DNA of 64,000 nucleotides from Polyangia bacterium (GTDB lineage Bacteria; Myxococcota_A; Polyangia; Palsa-1104; JAEUJZ01): NCBI GenBank assembly GCA_046351595.1, contig JAXLYE010000004.1, positions 513,219 to 577,218 of the forward strand, read 5' to 3'. Shown piece by piece: positions 20,201 to 29,401 of this stretch (position 1 is its first letter; each line of letters starts with the position of its first letter). The notes under the pieces were generated by a model. It saw only the letters and a program-made list of their open reading frames with translations, ran no database searches and was not told where the DNA came from. The position numbers and the translations under genes were made by a program.

Positions 20201-22191
20201 ACGCTGTCTCGGGGCAGCTGGTTCGCACGATCGAAGGCCACTCGGCGGCCGTGTCCAGCGCCGCGTTCAGCCCGGCCGGCGATCACATCCTGACGACCAG
20301 CGCCGATCACACCGCGCGCGTCTGGGAAACCCGCGCCGCAACCGCCACGATCACGCTGAAGGAGCACCTGATCGGGCTGGCGAGCGCGCGGTGGCACCCC
20401 ATCCCGGAAAAGAATCGCGTCGCCACCGCCAGCCGAACCGGCTCGGTGCTGATCTGGCAGGTTGATACGGGCCAGGTGCGGACGCGGCTTGATTACGACA
20501 GCCCTGCGCGCTTCGTGGCATGGAGCCGTGACGGCAACCTCCTGCTCGCTGCCTACGACAAGGGGGCAGCCATCTGGTCGCTGAGCGATGACGAGAAGCA
20601 GGAGCCCAAGATGGTACTGCTCGCGGCGCAGGAGCGCGTGCTCAGCGCCTCCTTCAGCTGGGACGGCCGCTACCTGGTCACCAGCTCCCGAAACAATACC
20701 CCGCTGCTCTGGGACACCAAGACCGGCGCCCAGGTCGGCGCGCTGCAGGGCCACATCAAGCCCGTACGGACCGTCGAGTGGAGCCGTCCGGATCTCATCC
20801 TGACGGCGAGCGATGATCGGTCCGCGATCCTATGGCAGTGGAAGGACCTGGGAGCCAGCAAGCTCCGCGTGCTGAGGGACCACACCGACATCGTGCTGAG
20901 CGCGACCCACCACCCGCGGGAGAACAAGATCCTTACCACCAGCCGCGACAACTTACTATGGATCTGGGATGCCGATAGCGAGAAGGTCCTGTCCAAGATC
21001 AACATCGACACCGAGGCCGTCACCAGCGCCTCGTATAGCCCCGATGGGCACCGCATTCTGGTCGTGACCCAGGAGCCCATCGCGCGGATCTATGACGCTG
21101 GTGAGAAGACGCTGGACCGGGCCCGGATCGTCCTGACCCTCAGCGGCCACACCGACAAGATCCGGAGCGCGGTGTACAGCCCGGACGGCGCCCGCATCCT
21201 GACCGCGAGCGACGACATGACCGCCCGAATCTGGGACGTCGCGAAGGAGACACGGACGCCGCAAGAGTACTCGCTGCTTGTGGACTGCTACCTGTTCCAG
21301 AAGCTGGCAGAGGATCAGCGCCGTATCGTCCCGTCGACTCCGAATCCGGCGCGCTGCAGACAGCGCAGCAGCGCGAGCGTCCCCGCCGTGCTCTGGAGTG
21401 ATCGCAGCAGCGCCCTGTGGGCCGGGATCTACGCGCTGCAGTCCGGCCAGCTCGGGCAGGCACGCGACCGCCTGGCCGAGGCGCGGGCGGTACTGACCCG
21501 CTTCAACGATCAGGACGGACTGTTCCTGCTCTCGCTGGCGGAAGCCGACCTCCAGGCGCCGCCCGATGCCGCCGAGCCGCCCATTGGGCTGCAGGAGCAG
21601 TTCAGCAAGCGCTGGGAACAATCGGATGAAGTGTGGATCTCTGACATGGCGGTGGCCGCAAGCCACTGGTACGAGCGGTCCAGGCGCTCCCGGTGGGCCG
21701 GATGGGCCTACGAGCAGCTTCGTGCGTACGACAGCGCGCACTCGAGCGCGACCCGGCTGAGCGCTGTCATCCGAGGCAATGAGCTGGAGTACCGGCTGGG
21801 CCAGTACGAGCCCGACTTTCTCCTTCGGCACGGCCCAGCGGTGTTTGAGCAGATGAGAGCGACGGTCAACGCTCCGAACGAGCAGGCTCCTGTGGCCGCT
21901 CTGATCTTCCTGGCTGCGCTGGAGAAGGGTGACAGCGCCCTGCAGAAGGAGTGGGCCAACCAGGCGCTTGAGCAGTGGAAGCTGATCGGCGAGGGCGCGC
22001 CGCCTGCATGGAGCTTCCCTGGCACGCGCCGCGCGTACCTCGCAGACTCACGCTTCAAACATCTCGAGAAGGCCCTGCTGCTGTTCGAGCTGCTGGAGGC
22101 GCCGAAGCAGCGGAGGAGGCAGCCCGAGCTCGAGGGTGTGCTGCGCGGCCAGGCCGCCCCTGCTCGTTCCCTGGATCCACGACCGCTGTAG
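17233..22191 (+). CDS. Novel-STAND (nSTAND1-type) NTPase fused to about 14 WD40 repeats and a C-terminal helical/TPR-like tail (1652 aa).
   Basis: CPYLGLETFHEEDSGRFFGRNRVIEKL...LAVLGPSGSGKSSVVLAGLVPRL (signature N-terminal motif plus Walker A). VFLVVDQLEEIF (the DQxEE Walker B typical of nSTAND). Many repeats of the form SPDGxxLATAxxDxTARxW. Co-directional with and overlapping the CHAT gene. Confidence 0.85.
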   Translation: MENRSEGASSSDSVSSEMAALKALLAHIEEALKTRAVIDAMSALRDAQVALSEARQRGGETPEFVVLLERLLAVGRALGALLDSSRERGHAQSLLSFWGNLLLHAGRESPDITLADFDREQLPTLEDKQCPYLGLETFHEEDSGRFFGRNRVIEKLENTLAQGRVLAVLGPSGSGKSSVVLAGLVPRLCKRLGISALIMVPGTEPVAALRALGISAEQTRPVFLVVDQLEEIFTLCDSEALRQQFFSEILALIRSPIEHKVVLTLRSDFEENLAEYKELNELLHAKNHHEVIEPLSKDELREAIERPAAEVGLRFEAGVVDRLIDDVVGQPASLPLLQFALLKLWDMRDHNRITLALYNSLGGAREALCNCADDVYQHLQEEDKKTADKVLLLLAVPVATRREVTRSRVSLSELYGSLGETRERVDRILASFEQARLLRRTPKRVSGQAEPPPDKVLIEFAHEALVRNWDRLEEQIDSVREWLGRKRELEALAQSWIRRQKESPDAGLLGSEEVRSAERDKQEIERLGIPVDAGVGRLIEASIAAVDRKEQEQERARMLEQDRLREQALAQEKLAQSERLRADQAAAAAASASVSRRRLQWATALLGVALTLALGCFLFFLWYKDKVQKQTARSEADAWIEQARQLLNPVPTPDRNPAILELNRLYTAHPDDPLLPDLLADVRRRMFDGLHTILVGHEEPVSGGVFSPDGLSIVTVDEKGKLVLWDVESGGQKSSVPAKAARSITWSPSGRSLAAGCAEGRIQIWEVDQQRFSRSLPAPQPNADNGAITSLTYSPDGRSLAAAGWPSVVIWRLDEAGTAWRPVRALRVSDEPLGSQPTAPTEALPMADQRVQRAAEPRAPSADKPLQVAKSNPPLERTPVSYAAWSPDGQILATAWDSSQAVRLWHVRTGGLLKTVAHLSNVRGVAFSPDGRSFATIGEDGVARLWITSSGTPARLSRRGHGGEAFGVAWSPDGRQLVTAGRDRTARVWDAVSGQLVRTIEGHSAAVSSAAFSPAGDHILTTSADHTARVWETRAATATITLKEHLIGLASARWHPIPEKNRVATASRTGSVLIWQVDTGQVRTRLDYDSPARFVAWSRDGNLLLAAYDKGAAIWSLSDDEKQEPKMVLLAAQERVLSASFSWDGRYLVTSSRNNTPLLWDTKTGAQVGALQGHIKPVRTVEWSRPDLILTASDDRSAILWQWKDLGASKLRVLRDHTDIVLSATHHPRENKILTTSRDNLLWIWDADSEKVLSKINIDTEAVTSASYSPDGHRILVVTQEPIARIYDAGEKTLDRARIVLTLSGHTDKIRSAVYSPDGARILTASDDMTARIWDVAKETRTPQEYSLLVDCYLFQKLAEDQRRIVPSTPNPARCRQRSSASVPAVLWSDRSSALWAGIYALQSGQLGQARDRLAEARAVLTRFNDQDGLFLLSLAEADLQAPPDAAEPPIGLQEQFSKRWEQSDEVWISDMAVAASHWYERSRRSRWAGWAYEQLRAYDSAHSSATRLSAVIRGNELEYRLGQYEPDFLLRHGPAVFEQMRATVNAPNEQAPVAALIFLAALEKGDSALQKEWANQALEQWKLIGEGAPPAWSFPGTRRAYLADSRFKHLEKALLLFELLEAPKQRRRQPELEGVLRGQAAPARSLDPRPL

Positions 22192-22525
22192 GCGCACGGG
22201 GCCTGACCGAGCTGCCTTTGGTCTGATTCAAGACTGCTTGCCCGTTCAACCGAAACCGCGCCCCTCCGTCCGGCGCCATGGGCACCTGCTGCAGGACTTC
22301 CGCAGGAGCGCCCAGTATGAATCCCTGGCCAAGAGGTTCGGCTCGGTAATAGAGCGCTACCGATCCGTAGCACGGGTGCTACCCAGCCGCGCTAGCGAGC
22401 AGCCCCGTTGCGAGAGCACCCCGACGGTAGCACCGCTTCCGTCGGCGCGCCGAGCGAACAGGTCCCCTGAAGGGCCGCCGCGGCACGGCACTTGCCATAA
22501 CCAGTTGGCAACCCGAGGAGCCACC

Positions 22526-24121
22526 ATGCCCGCCCGCCTGGACATCCTGATCACTGCCCCGTTTCCGCTCGGTGACGTGACCGCACAGCTGACGTTCCCC
22601 GACCAGAGCGTGCGTCGCGTCGTGTTACGCAGCGGCGCGCTCCAGACCGACCTGCCCGAGCTGCCCGAGCGCCTCCGGCTCCTCCACGCGCCAGCGCCTG
22701 AAGGTGAGGCCCCGCTCGCCGCGCCGTCCGAGGTCTTGCGTCCCGAGCAGCGGGAGCTCAGGGGCGATCTGGTCGAAGCCGAGGAGCTCTTCGAGCGCGG
22801 CATTCGCATTCCTGAAAGCGGCACCCTGCGCCTGCAGCTCATCTGGGGCGTGCACTGCCACCAGACCGTGACCGGCCCGTCGCTGGCGTCGAAGCTTGGT
22901 GGCGAGGTGGAGCGGCAAGCGCCGCGGTTCCTATCGGCCGAGCACGTGCGCTGTGCAGAGCGCGTCGGCATGGACGAATCGGGAATGAGGCCGCTCGCCG
23001 CCAACGGCAAGACGGCAACGTTCAACAGCAAGACCCTGCTCCCCATCGGCTCGCAGCGCGCGACCTTTGGCCAGATCATCGCGCTGGCCGGCGACTTCTA
23101 TGCGTACCTCGATGCGGCATCGCGCAAGAACAACGGCTCGGCGTGGCCCGAGGCGCCCGGCTGGGTGGAGTTCCTGGCGGGGGACTACCGCGAGCCGCCG
23201 CTCGTCGAGGACAGCTCCGCCGTCGTAAAGGACATCCTCGCCACGTTCCAGCATGAGCTCGAGCAGCTGATGCGCGGCGAGAAGCTCAGCGCGCTGCCTC
23301 AGCTCGTCGAAGGGAATCGGGTTACGGACTTCCCGGTGCGCCGCTACCTGGCGCTGGCCGGGATGAACTACTGCCACTTCGGCGCGCAGCCGCCCGACGG
23401 CAGCATCCAGGACGAGGTGAACGAGGCGTATCGCTCGTATCTCTACTATCACCGCCGTGCGCTGGCGCAGGCCGAGGTGGCGGGCATGTCGCTCGTCAAC
23501 CAGGAGGCCAAGTTCATCGAGGCGCTGGTGATCGAGGCCTTCGGCTGCCACTTCCTGACCGACCTGTTCGCGAGCGGGCACATTCGGGTGCCGCGCCGGG
23601 CTCTGGGAGAGCGCTTCGGGATCATGCGCGGCGGTCTGGGAATGGCGCACTCCATGCACGACGAGGACAACAAGCTCGGGCTGTGGTGCACGACGCGCGT
23701 GCCGCAGACGCCGCGCGTGGTGTGGCGCGCCTACGGCGACGCGATGCTGCTCAAGCCCGAGGCGGAGGCGCACCTGGCCATGATCCAGGAGGCGGTGCGG
23801 CGCTCGGCGGCCGAGGTGTTCCTGCGCTACTGCGGGGTCAGCGACGTCCCCGAGGCCGAGACCGGCGAGGCGCTGCTGCCGGTGGCGCTGGCCGCCGGCA
23901 CCGCGCCGCGCAGCGAGGACGTCCTCCCGTTCGACCTGGGGAGCCCGGACACAGAGCCTCCCAATCACTTTCCGCTGTATGCACTGGTCGATAGCGGAAA
24001 GCCGAAGCACCCGCTCATCGCCCGCCGGGCCGACGACAAGGCGCTCTACACGAACTCCTATTACGAGCAGGACGGAGACAGCGCGCGGCGCTTCTCGATC
24101 CCGCTCGCGGCGAAGCGCTGA
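22526..24121 (+). CDS. Zinc-dependent phospholipase C / S1-P1 nuclease-fold-like protein; putative effector.
   Basis: AGGAG RBS before ATG 22526. FGCHFLTDLFASGH reproduces the H-x3-D-x5-H zinc-ligand spacing of the PLC HYLGDxxxPxH motif. A downstream AHSMHDED resembles the second His/acidic ligand cluster. No signal peptide. Confidence 0.4.
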   Translation: MPARLDILITAPFPLGDVTAQLTFPDQSVRRVVLRSGALQTDLPELPERLRLLHAPAPEGEAPLAAPSEVLRPEQRELRGDLVEAEELFERGIRIPESGTLRLQLIWGVHCHQTVTGPSLASKLGGEVERQAPRFLSAEHVRCAERVGMDESGMRPLAANGKTATFNSKTLLPIGSQRATFGQIIALAGDFYAYLDAASRKNNGSAWPEAPGWVEFLAGDYREPPLVEDSSAVVKDILATFQHELEQLMRGEKLSALPQLVEGNRVTDFPVRRYLALAGMNYCHFGAQPPDGSIQDEVNEAYRSYLYYHRRALAQAEVAGMSLVNQEAKFIEALVIEAFGCHFLTDLFASGHIRVPRRALGERFGIMRGGLGMAHSMHDEDNKLGLWCTTRVPQTPRVVWRAYGDAMLLKPEAEAHLAMIQEAVRRSAAEVFLRYCGVSDVPEAETGEALLPVALAAGTAPRSEDVLPFDLGSPDTEPPNHFPLYALVDSGKPKHPLIARRADDKALYTNSYYEQDGDSARRFSIPLAAKR

Positions 24122-24818
24122 GGGCGAGGGCTGACGTGGACGGCCAGGCGGTGAGACCGCTGCACGCCCTGCTCATCGCGATCGCGGCCCATGAGGACGG
24201 AAGCTACACGCTCCACGCCGGCCGCCTGGCCGGGCTGGGAGCGGGCGCCGCGATCGGCGTGTACGGCCCGATCCCGCGCGCTTCCCGCCGCTTGGTTCCG
24301 AAGCCGATGAGCGGGCCCGTCGCGGCGTCCTGATCCTTCTGGCCGCAACGCCCGCGCCGTCCACGGCCCGCCTCAAGACACCGGAGCCGCGCTGGATCTT
24401 GACGGCGCACGCGGGCGGCCGCAAGGCGCCGGTGCGCACCGGGTCGCTTTCGTTTAGGTCAGCCAGCAGCGCAGCAGAGCGGGTTCGTCCGACGGTCCCG
24501 AGGGGATGGGGCATAAGCCCGCGAAAGAATGAACGGATGGCCCTTCGCTTGCTGGTAACTGTGTATCTGCGACAGGCCGGCAGGTAAACCACAGTCCCCT
24601 CAGGCCCAGGAGCGCGCCAATGTCAAACCTCAAACCTCGAAGCGTGGGGGACCTGAGGGCCGACGCGACGCAGGCCAGGCTTGTCCCGTCGGAGACGGTT
24701 TGAAATTTTTCGACAAGTCGAGGCCGGTTCCTGGCGTTCCGCGGAACAGGACCGCTGTGCGTGCGGCCGACCCGCAGACCCCACCTGCCGACTGAGCCCG
24801 CCCATTCCGTACCCAGTC

Positions 24819-26435
24819 TCACACGGGAACTCGCGGTCGCCAGCGGCTGCCAAGCCCGTCGATCAACCTCGCCCCCGTCGCTGAGAAGAGAGTCCTTGAT
24901 GGGTACTTGACCCAATACGGTCCCACCACCGTGCTGACGTCTGCCACCGTTCGCAGGTCGCGGGCGTCGCTGTAGGCGCCGCTCTGCCAGGTCGGCAGCG
25001 CGAACAGGCGCGAGCGCCCGCAGCCCGACAGGCCCCAGCTCCGCTCGGACTCCCAGTAGCCGTCTGGGGTCAGCTCGATGTTGGTGCCGCCGACCGCGGT
25101 CACGTACGGGGCGTCCGAAGGGACGTCGACCTGCGCCGAGTCTCCCGAGGCCGACAGCACCGTGATGCCGAGCGCCGCCGCCATCATCGCGGACTCGTTG
25201 TACGCGCGCGCCACCGGGTACGGCGTCGTGTACTCGGAGTGCGCAAAGGAGTCCGAGAGCACCTGCGCCCGCGCCGCGCCGATGGCCTCGTTGAAGGTGT
25301 AGAGCAGCGAGGTGTCGGAGTTGTCCGGGCCGCCGTAGTAGACGATCTCGGCGCCGGGCGCGATGGCCCCGGCCAGCTCGACGTCCAGCGTCGCCTCCAG
25401 GTCGCGCGTGATGATCGGCTCCATCGTCTGCACGATGATCGGGTCCGCGCGCCGGATCCCGAACGCCTGCCACATCGACTGCAGATCCGAGATCTTGAAC
25501 AGAGTCGCTCCGATGATTCCCAGAGTCAGGCCGGCGCCTTTGTATCCCTTTACATACAGGCTGCTCATCCCGTACGCGCGCGCGATCTGCTGCGGCGTCA
25601 GGTGATCGCCGACGTTGCTCGGCTTGCTCGTGACCACGGGCGCGATGTCGCGCGACAGGGTCCCGGTCGCGGCCTCGGGATCGGGCATGAGCAGGCGCCG
25701 GATCTTGCCGACCAGCGCGTCCGGCACATCGAGCGAGGTGATCGGCGCGTACGCCGCGGCGCGCCAGGTCCCGGACGAGCGCTTGACGAGGTGCAGCCGG
25801 GTCCCGAACGCGGCGTTGAACTGGCGCACGGTGCCGGTGTAGCTCAGCACCAGGCGGTTGCGCGCGGTCCGCCTGACCTCGAAGCCGTGGTCGCTCAGCC
25901 AGCTCTTGACCGCGCTCACCGTGGTCAGCGTCGGCGCGTGGCGATCCATGAACTCGCTGAACGTCATGTACTGCCGGAACTGCGAGGACGAGGGGCTGTA
26001 CATCGCCGCGATGCGATCCTCGAGCTCGGCCTTGTTGCGCAGCTGCAGCACGATCAGCGCGCGGAAGCGCTTGTCCGGATCGACGGTGCCCTGGTCCACT
26101 CCGTGCGGCCAGTACGGCGCCGCCACCTTCGTCTCAGTCCCCGACACCTCTTCCGCCACCTCCAGCGCCGCGGCGTCGCTGTCGACCGCCACTCCGTCCT
26201 CGCGATCGAGCGCGCTGTCGCTCGGCGGCCTGTCCTCCTCGGCAGCGGCGGGCTCCGTCGGCTCGCCGCAGCCCGCGCCATCGGTACACAGCACCGCGCC
26301 CAGCACGCTCCCGAGCAGAATGGCAGAGCGCCGATTCCCCAAACTCCCCAGCTTCCCAGGCGATGACAAAAGACCCATGGAGTCCTCCTCGGCCCATCCC
26401 CCCAAGGCAGCCCACCCGTCTTGCTGCGCCGGCAA
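24819..26435 (-). CDS. Sedolisin (peptidase S53) with pro-domain. The ORF terminates before the catalytic-serine GTSxxxP segment, so it is probably a disrupted or truncated gene.
   Basis: [21 protein letters not shown] (catalytic Glu/Asp region) and SASGDSA (oxyanion Asp) are present. The ORF ends ...[13 protein letters not shown] then 27 unrelated residues and a stop. The Ser motif is missing, and exactly that segment is present at 7303-7608. Confidence 0.65.
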   Translation of the reverse strand: MPAQQDGWAALGGWAEEDSMGLLSSPGKLGSLGNRRSAILLGSVLGAVLCTDGAGCGEPTEPAAAEEDRPPSDSALDREDGVAVDSDAAALEVAEEVSGTETKVAAPYWPHGVDQGTVDPDKRFRALIVLQLRNKAELEDRIAAMYSPSSSQFRQYMTFSEFMDRHAPTLTTVSAVKSWLSDHGFEVRRTARNRLVLSYTGTVRQFNAAFGTRLHLVKRSSGTWRAAAYAPITSLDVPDALVGKIRRLLMPDPEAATGTLSRDIAPVVTSKPSNVGDHLTPQQIARAYGMSSLYVKGYKGAGLTLGIIGATLFKISDLQSMWQAFGIRRADPIIVQTMEPIITRDLEATLDVELAGAIAPGAEIVYYGGPDNSDTSLLYTFNEAIGAARAQVLSDSFAHSEYTTPYPVARAYNESAMMAAALGITVLSASGDSAQVDVPSDAPYVTAVGGTNIELTPDGYWESERSWGLSGCGRSRLFALPTWQSGAYSDARDLRTVADVSTVVGPYWVKYPSRTLFSATGARLIDGLGSRWRPRVPV

Positions 26436-26719
26436 GAAGGATGCCGCACCGACATCGGTCCTGCTGTCGGAGGTGCGGCCAGCGGGCTGCGCTCCCCGCG
26501 CACGCTGAGCGGATCAGCACACGCACGCCCGGGCTCGCGGCTGCATGCCTCGTCCCGCGCCAGGGTTCGCGTGCCCTGAGGCCGTGCCGGGCCATCCCCG
26601 GGGCTGCAATTGACAACATCGGGCGTTCCTTCGCACGATGCCGCGCAGATCGGGACCTGCCGTGGCCGCGCTCATCCTGGCGCGCTCGCGCCGGCTCATT
26701 TGGAAGAAGGAGAGACACC

Positions 26720-27892
26720 ATGCGTACCCGGACGTGGGCGCTCGCGGCGCTCGTGCCGATGCTCGGACTCGGCGGCTGCAGCAAGGGCCCGGGAGGAGAG
26801 CCCGGCTCCGTCGGGACCCCGGGCGAAAAAGGCGACCGGGGCGAGCCCGGTCCGCAGGGGCCGCGCGGTGAAACCGGAGCCGCGGGCGCGACCGGTGCCG
26901 CAGGCCCGATCGGACCGGCCGGGCCGCAGGGCCCCAAAGGAGACACCGGAGCCGCGGGGCCGGCGGGCGTCGCCGGACCGGCCGGACCCGCGGGCCTGCC
27001 CGGTGCCAAGGGCGATCCCGGACCGACCGGACCGGCCGGACCCGCGGGCCTGGCCGGCGCGAGAGGGGACAAGGGCGACCGCGGCGACCGCGGCGACCCG
27101 GGCCCGCAAGGACCGGCCGGGCCCGCGGGCTCGGGCGCGTACTCCGAGGACCTCGGCGGCTTCGCCGGCTTCACGGCGACCACGTACACGGGCGGCCTCG
27201 CCAACGGCCGCGCCGGCGCGCACGCGCTGTGTGACGCGGCGTTCGCGGGATCGCACCTGTGCCACGCCTCGGAGTACATCCTGTCCAACTCGGGAACGAC
27301 CATCCCGATGAGCGGCGCCTGGATCGATCCCAGCAGCTCCGAGAGCATCAGCGGCACCTACGTCGGCATGCCGGGCGTCGGCCGCCAGATCCACGGCTAC
27401 GCCTGCGACTCGTGGAGCAAGGGGACGACCGCCGTCAGCGGCACCTGGCTCATGCCCTCGGGCGCGATGTCGACCAGCGGCGACTGCGCGACGTCACGCG
27501 CGCTCGCCTGCTGCAATACGCCGAGCAAGGTCCGCTTCGCCGGCTTCACCCGCGCCACGACCAGCGGCGGCATCGGCAGCCGCGCCCGGGCGCACGCGAT
27601 GTGCGCCGGCGAGTTCGTGGGCGCGCACCTGTGCCACGCCGCCGAGTACATCCGCACCAGCTCGCCGACGACGGTGCCGATGAGCGGCGCGTGGATCGAC
27701 CCCAGCAGCTCGGTCACGAGCAGCGGCATCTACGTCGGCCTGCCCGAAGCCGGCCGCCAGATCCACGGCTACGCCTGCGACTCGTGGAGCAAGGGGACGA
27801 CCGCCGTCAGCGGCACCTGGCTCATGCCCTCGGGCGCGATGTCGACCAGCGGCGACTGCTCGACCCTGCGCCCGCTCGCCTGCTGCCAGTAG
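26720..27892 (+). CDS. Collagen-like (Gly-X-Y triple-helix repeat) lipoprotein with two tandem C-terminal Cys-rich domains of about 125 aa.
   Basis: Lipoprotein signal (LGLGGCS). About 50 GXY triplets ([19 protein letters not shown]...). Two near-identical blocks: FAGFTxTTxxGG...HLCHAxEYI...[11 protein letters not shown]...[36 protein letters not shown]...LACC. Confidence 0.8.
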   Translation: MRTRTWALAALVPMLGLGGCSKGPGGEPGSVGTPGEKGDRGEPGPQGPRGETGAAGATGAAGPIGPAGPQGPKGDTGAAGPAGVAGPAGPAGLPGAKGDPGPTGPAGPAGLAGARGDKGDRGDRGDPGPQGPAGPAGSGAYSEDLGGFAGFTATTYTGGLANGRAGAHALCDAAFAGSHLCHASEYILSNSGTTIPMSGAWIDPSSSESISGTYVGMPGVGRQIHGYACDSWSKGTTAVSGTWLMPSGAMSTSGDCATSRALACCNTPSKVRFAGFTRATTSGGIGSRARAHAMCAGEFVGAHLCHAAEYIRTSSPTTVPMSGAWIDPSSSVTSSGIYVGLPEAGRQIHGYACDSWSKGTTAVSGTWLMPSGAMSTSGDCSTLRPLACCQ

Positions 27893-27944
27893 CGCGACCG
27901 GCGCGCCCGCTCCGCGCCGGTACGCAGCGCTACGTGATCACGGA

Positions 27945-29270
27945 TCAGCGCCGCCGTCGCCGGGCCGCGAGGAAGAACAGGCCCGCGAAGAGGGCGCTGC
28001 CCAAAGAGGCGCCGCCCGCCGCCCCCGGCAGCGCCGAGCAGCCGCCGCGGCGGTCGTCGGTGTCGACGGTGCTGTCGCCCATGTCCGGCACCATCGGCGG
28101 CGGGTTCGGGATGACGTCGCAGGTGCCCTCCCAGTTGACGCAGCGGGTGTTGGCCGGGCAGCGGACGTAGCGGCACGGATCGTCGACGCACTTGCCGCCG
28201 CGGCACTGCGAGGTGCCCTTGCACTGCTCGTCCGCCGGCATGTTGCCGCACAGCGGATCCTTGACGCAGCGCTTGAGGTTGGCGTCGCAGACCAGGCCGG
28301 CCTGGCAGGCGTACACGCACGGGTCGGCCGCGCACGCGCCCATCAGGCAGCGCGAGCCCGTCGGGCAGCTCTTGGTGCACGCCTTGACGCAGGTGCCGGG
28401 CGAGGTGCCGTCGGTGTAGCAGTACTGGCCGGGGCCGCAGTTCACGCCCGTGCAGGGGTTTGCGTTGCACTCGCCGGCGACGCAGATGTCGCCCGGCGTC
28501 GGGCAGCCGTTCGAGTAGCAGGTGTCGTCGCAGGGTCCGCTCATGCCGACCTCGCCGCCGATGACCACCTCGACGATCGAGCTCAGCGCCTTGTTGAGCT
28601 CATCGGCGCTGTCGGCCTTGTAGTACTTGAGCGGGGTCATGTCCGGCTTGCCGCCGGCGTCGGCCATCTGCGTCAGGCACTGCTGCTCGGACGAGGACAG
28701 GCCGCCGCCGAAGCCGACGACGAACGTCGAGATCGGCGGGTTCTGCATCGTGCCCTTCTGGATCTCGGTGACGGTCCCCGGGCACGTGTCGGGCGCGCCG
28801 CCGCAGCCGGGCCCGCCGTCGGTGATGAGCACGATGTACTGCTTGCGCTCGGGGTCGTGCAGCTCCTTGATGTTGGTGATGGCGTCGCGCATCGCGGTGC
28901 CGGACGGCGTCGAGCCGGTGGTCGTCGGCGTCAGCGAGGCTTCGATCTTGGCCTTGCTCTTGTAGGCCGGCGGCGAGATCACCTCGGAGTCGCAGCCCGA
29001 GCGCGGGAAGCGCGACAGGCCGATCGGGAACTTGCCGTCGTACTTGGTCAGGATCGCCTTCACGGCGTCGTTGGCGACCTGCATGCGCGTCTTGCCGGTG
29101 CCCTGCACGATCGTGTCCATCGAGCCCGAGCGGTCGAGCACGATGTGCACGTTGGGACACTTGGCCGCCAGCGCCGGCCGGACCGAAACAGAGAGAGACA
29201 AGAGGAGCCCGGCCAGACCGGCCAGGCGGGCCGCGATCGCCAGGCGACGAGCAGACGAGGTGCGTGACAT
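27945..29270 (-). CDS. Secreted von Willebrand factor A domain protein with Cys-rich repeats and a MYXO-CTERM sorting tail.
   Basis: Signal peptide. VHIVLDRSGSM (MIDAS DxSxS motif). Multiple CxxC-rich modules. C-terminus GGCSALPGAAGGASLGSALFAGLFFLAARRRRR matches MYXO-CTERM. ATG at 29270. Confidence 0.8.
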   Translation of the reverse strand: MSRTSSARRLAIAARLAGLAGLLLSLSVSVRPALAAKCPNVHIVLDRSGSMDTIVQGTGKTRMQVANDAVKAILTKYDGKFPIGLSRFPRSGCDSEVISPPAYKSKAKIEASLTPTTTGSTPSGTAMRDAITNIKELHDPERKQYIVLITDGGPGCGGAPDTCPGTVTEIQKGTMQNPPISTFVVGFGGGLSSSEQQCLTQMADAGGKPDMTPLKYYKADSADELNKALSSIVEVVIGGEVGMSGPCDDTCYSNGCPTPGDICVAGECNANPCTGVNCGPGQYCYTDGTSPGTCVKACTKSCPTGSRCLMGACAADPCVYACQAGLVCDANLKRCVKDPLCGNMPADEQCKGTSQCRGGKCVDDPCRYVRCPANTRCVNWEGTCDVIPNPPPMVPDMGDSTVDTDDRRGGCSALPGAAGGASLGSALFAGLFFLAARRRRR

Positions 29271-29401
29271 GGGGCCGCTCCTTTCCAAGCGCAAGTTGGG
29301 CGAATCTGAGCACAACTCGCTGACGCCGGAAAGCGCGGCCGGTCCGCGCGCGGCGCTTTCTTGGGATCGCGCTGCTGTCGAGGTCGCCGGGTCCGGGCGC
29401 C

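Noticed and set aside
24122-24818. Small ORFs and a possible tRNA/att site between the PLC-like gene and the sedolisin gene.
   Set aside because: No cloverleaf-compatible sequence or convincing coding signal found by eye. Noted only as an AT-richer putative island boundary.
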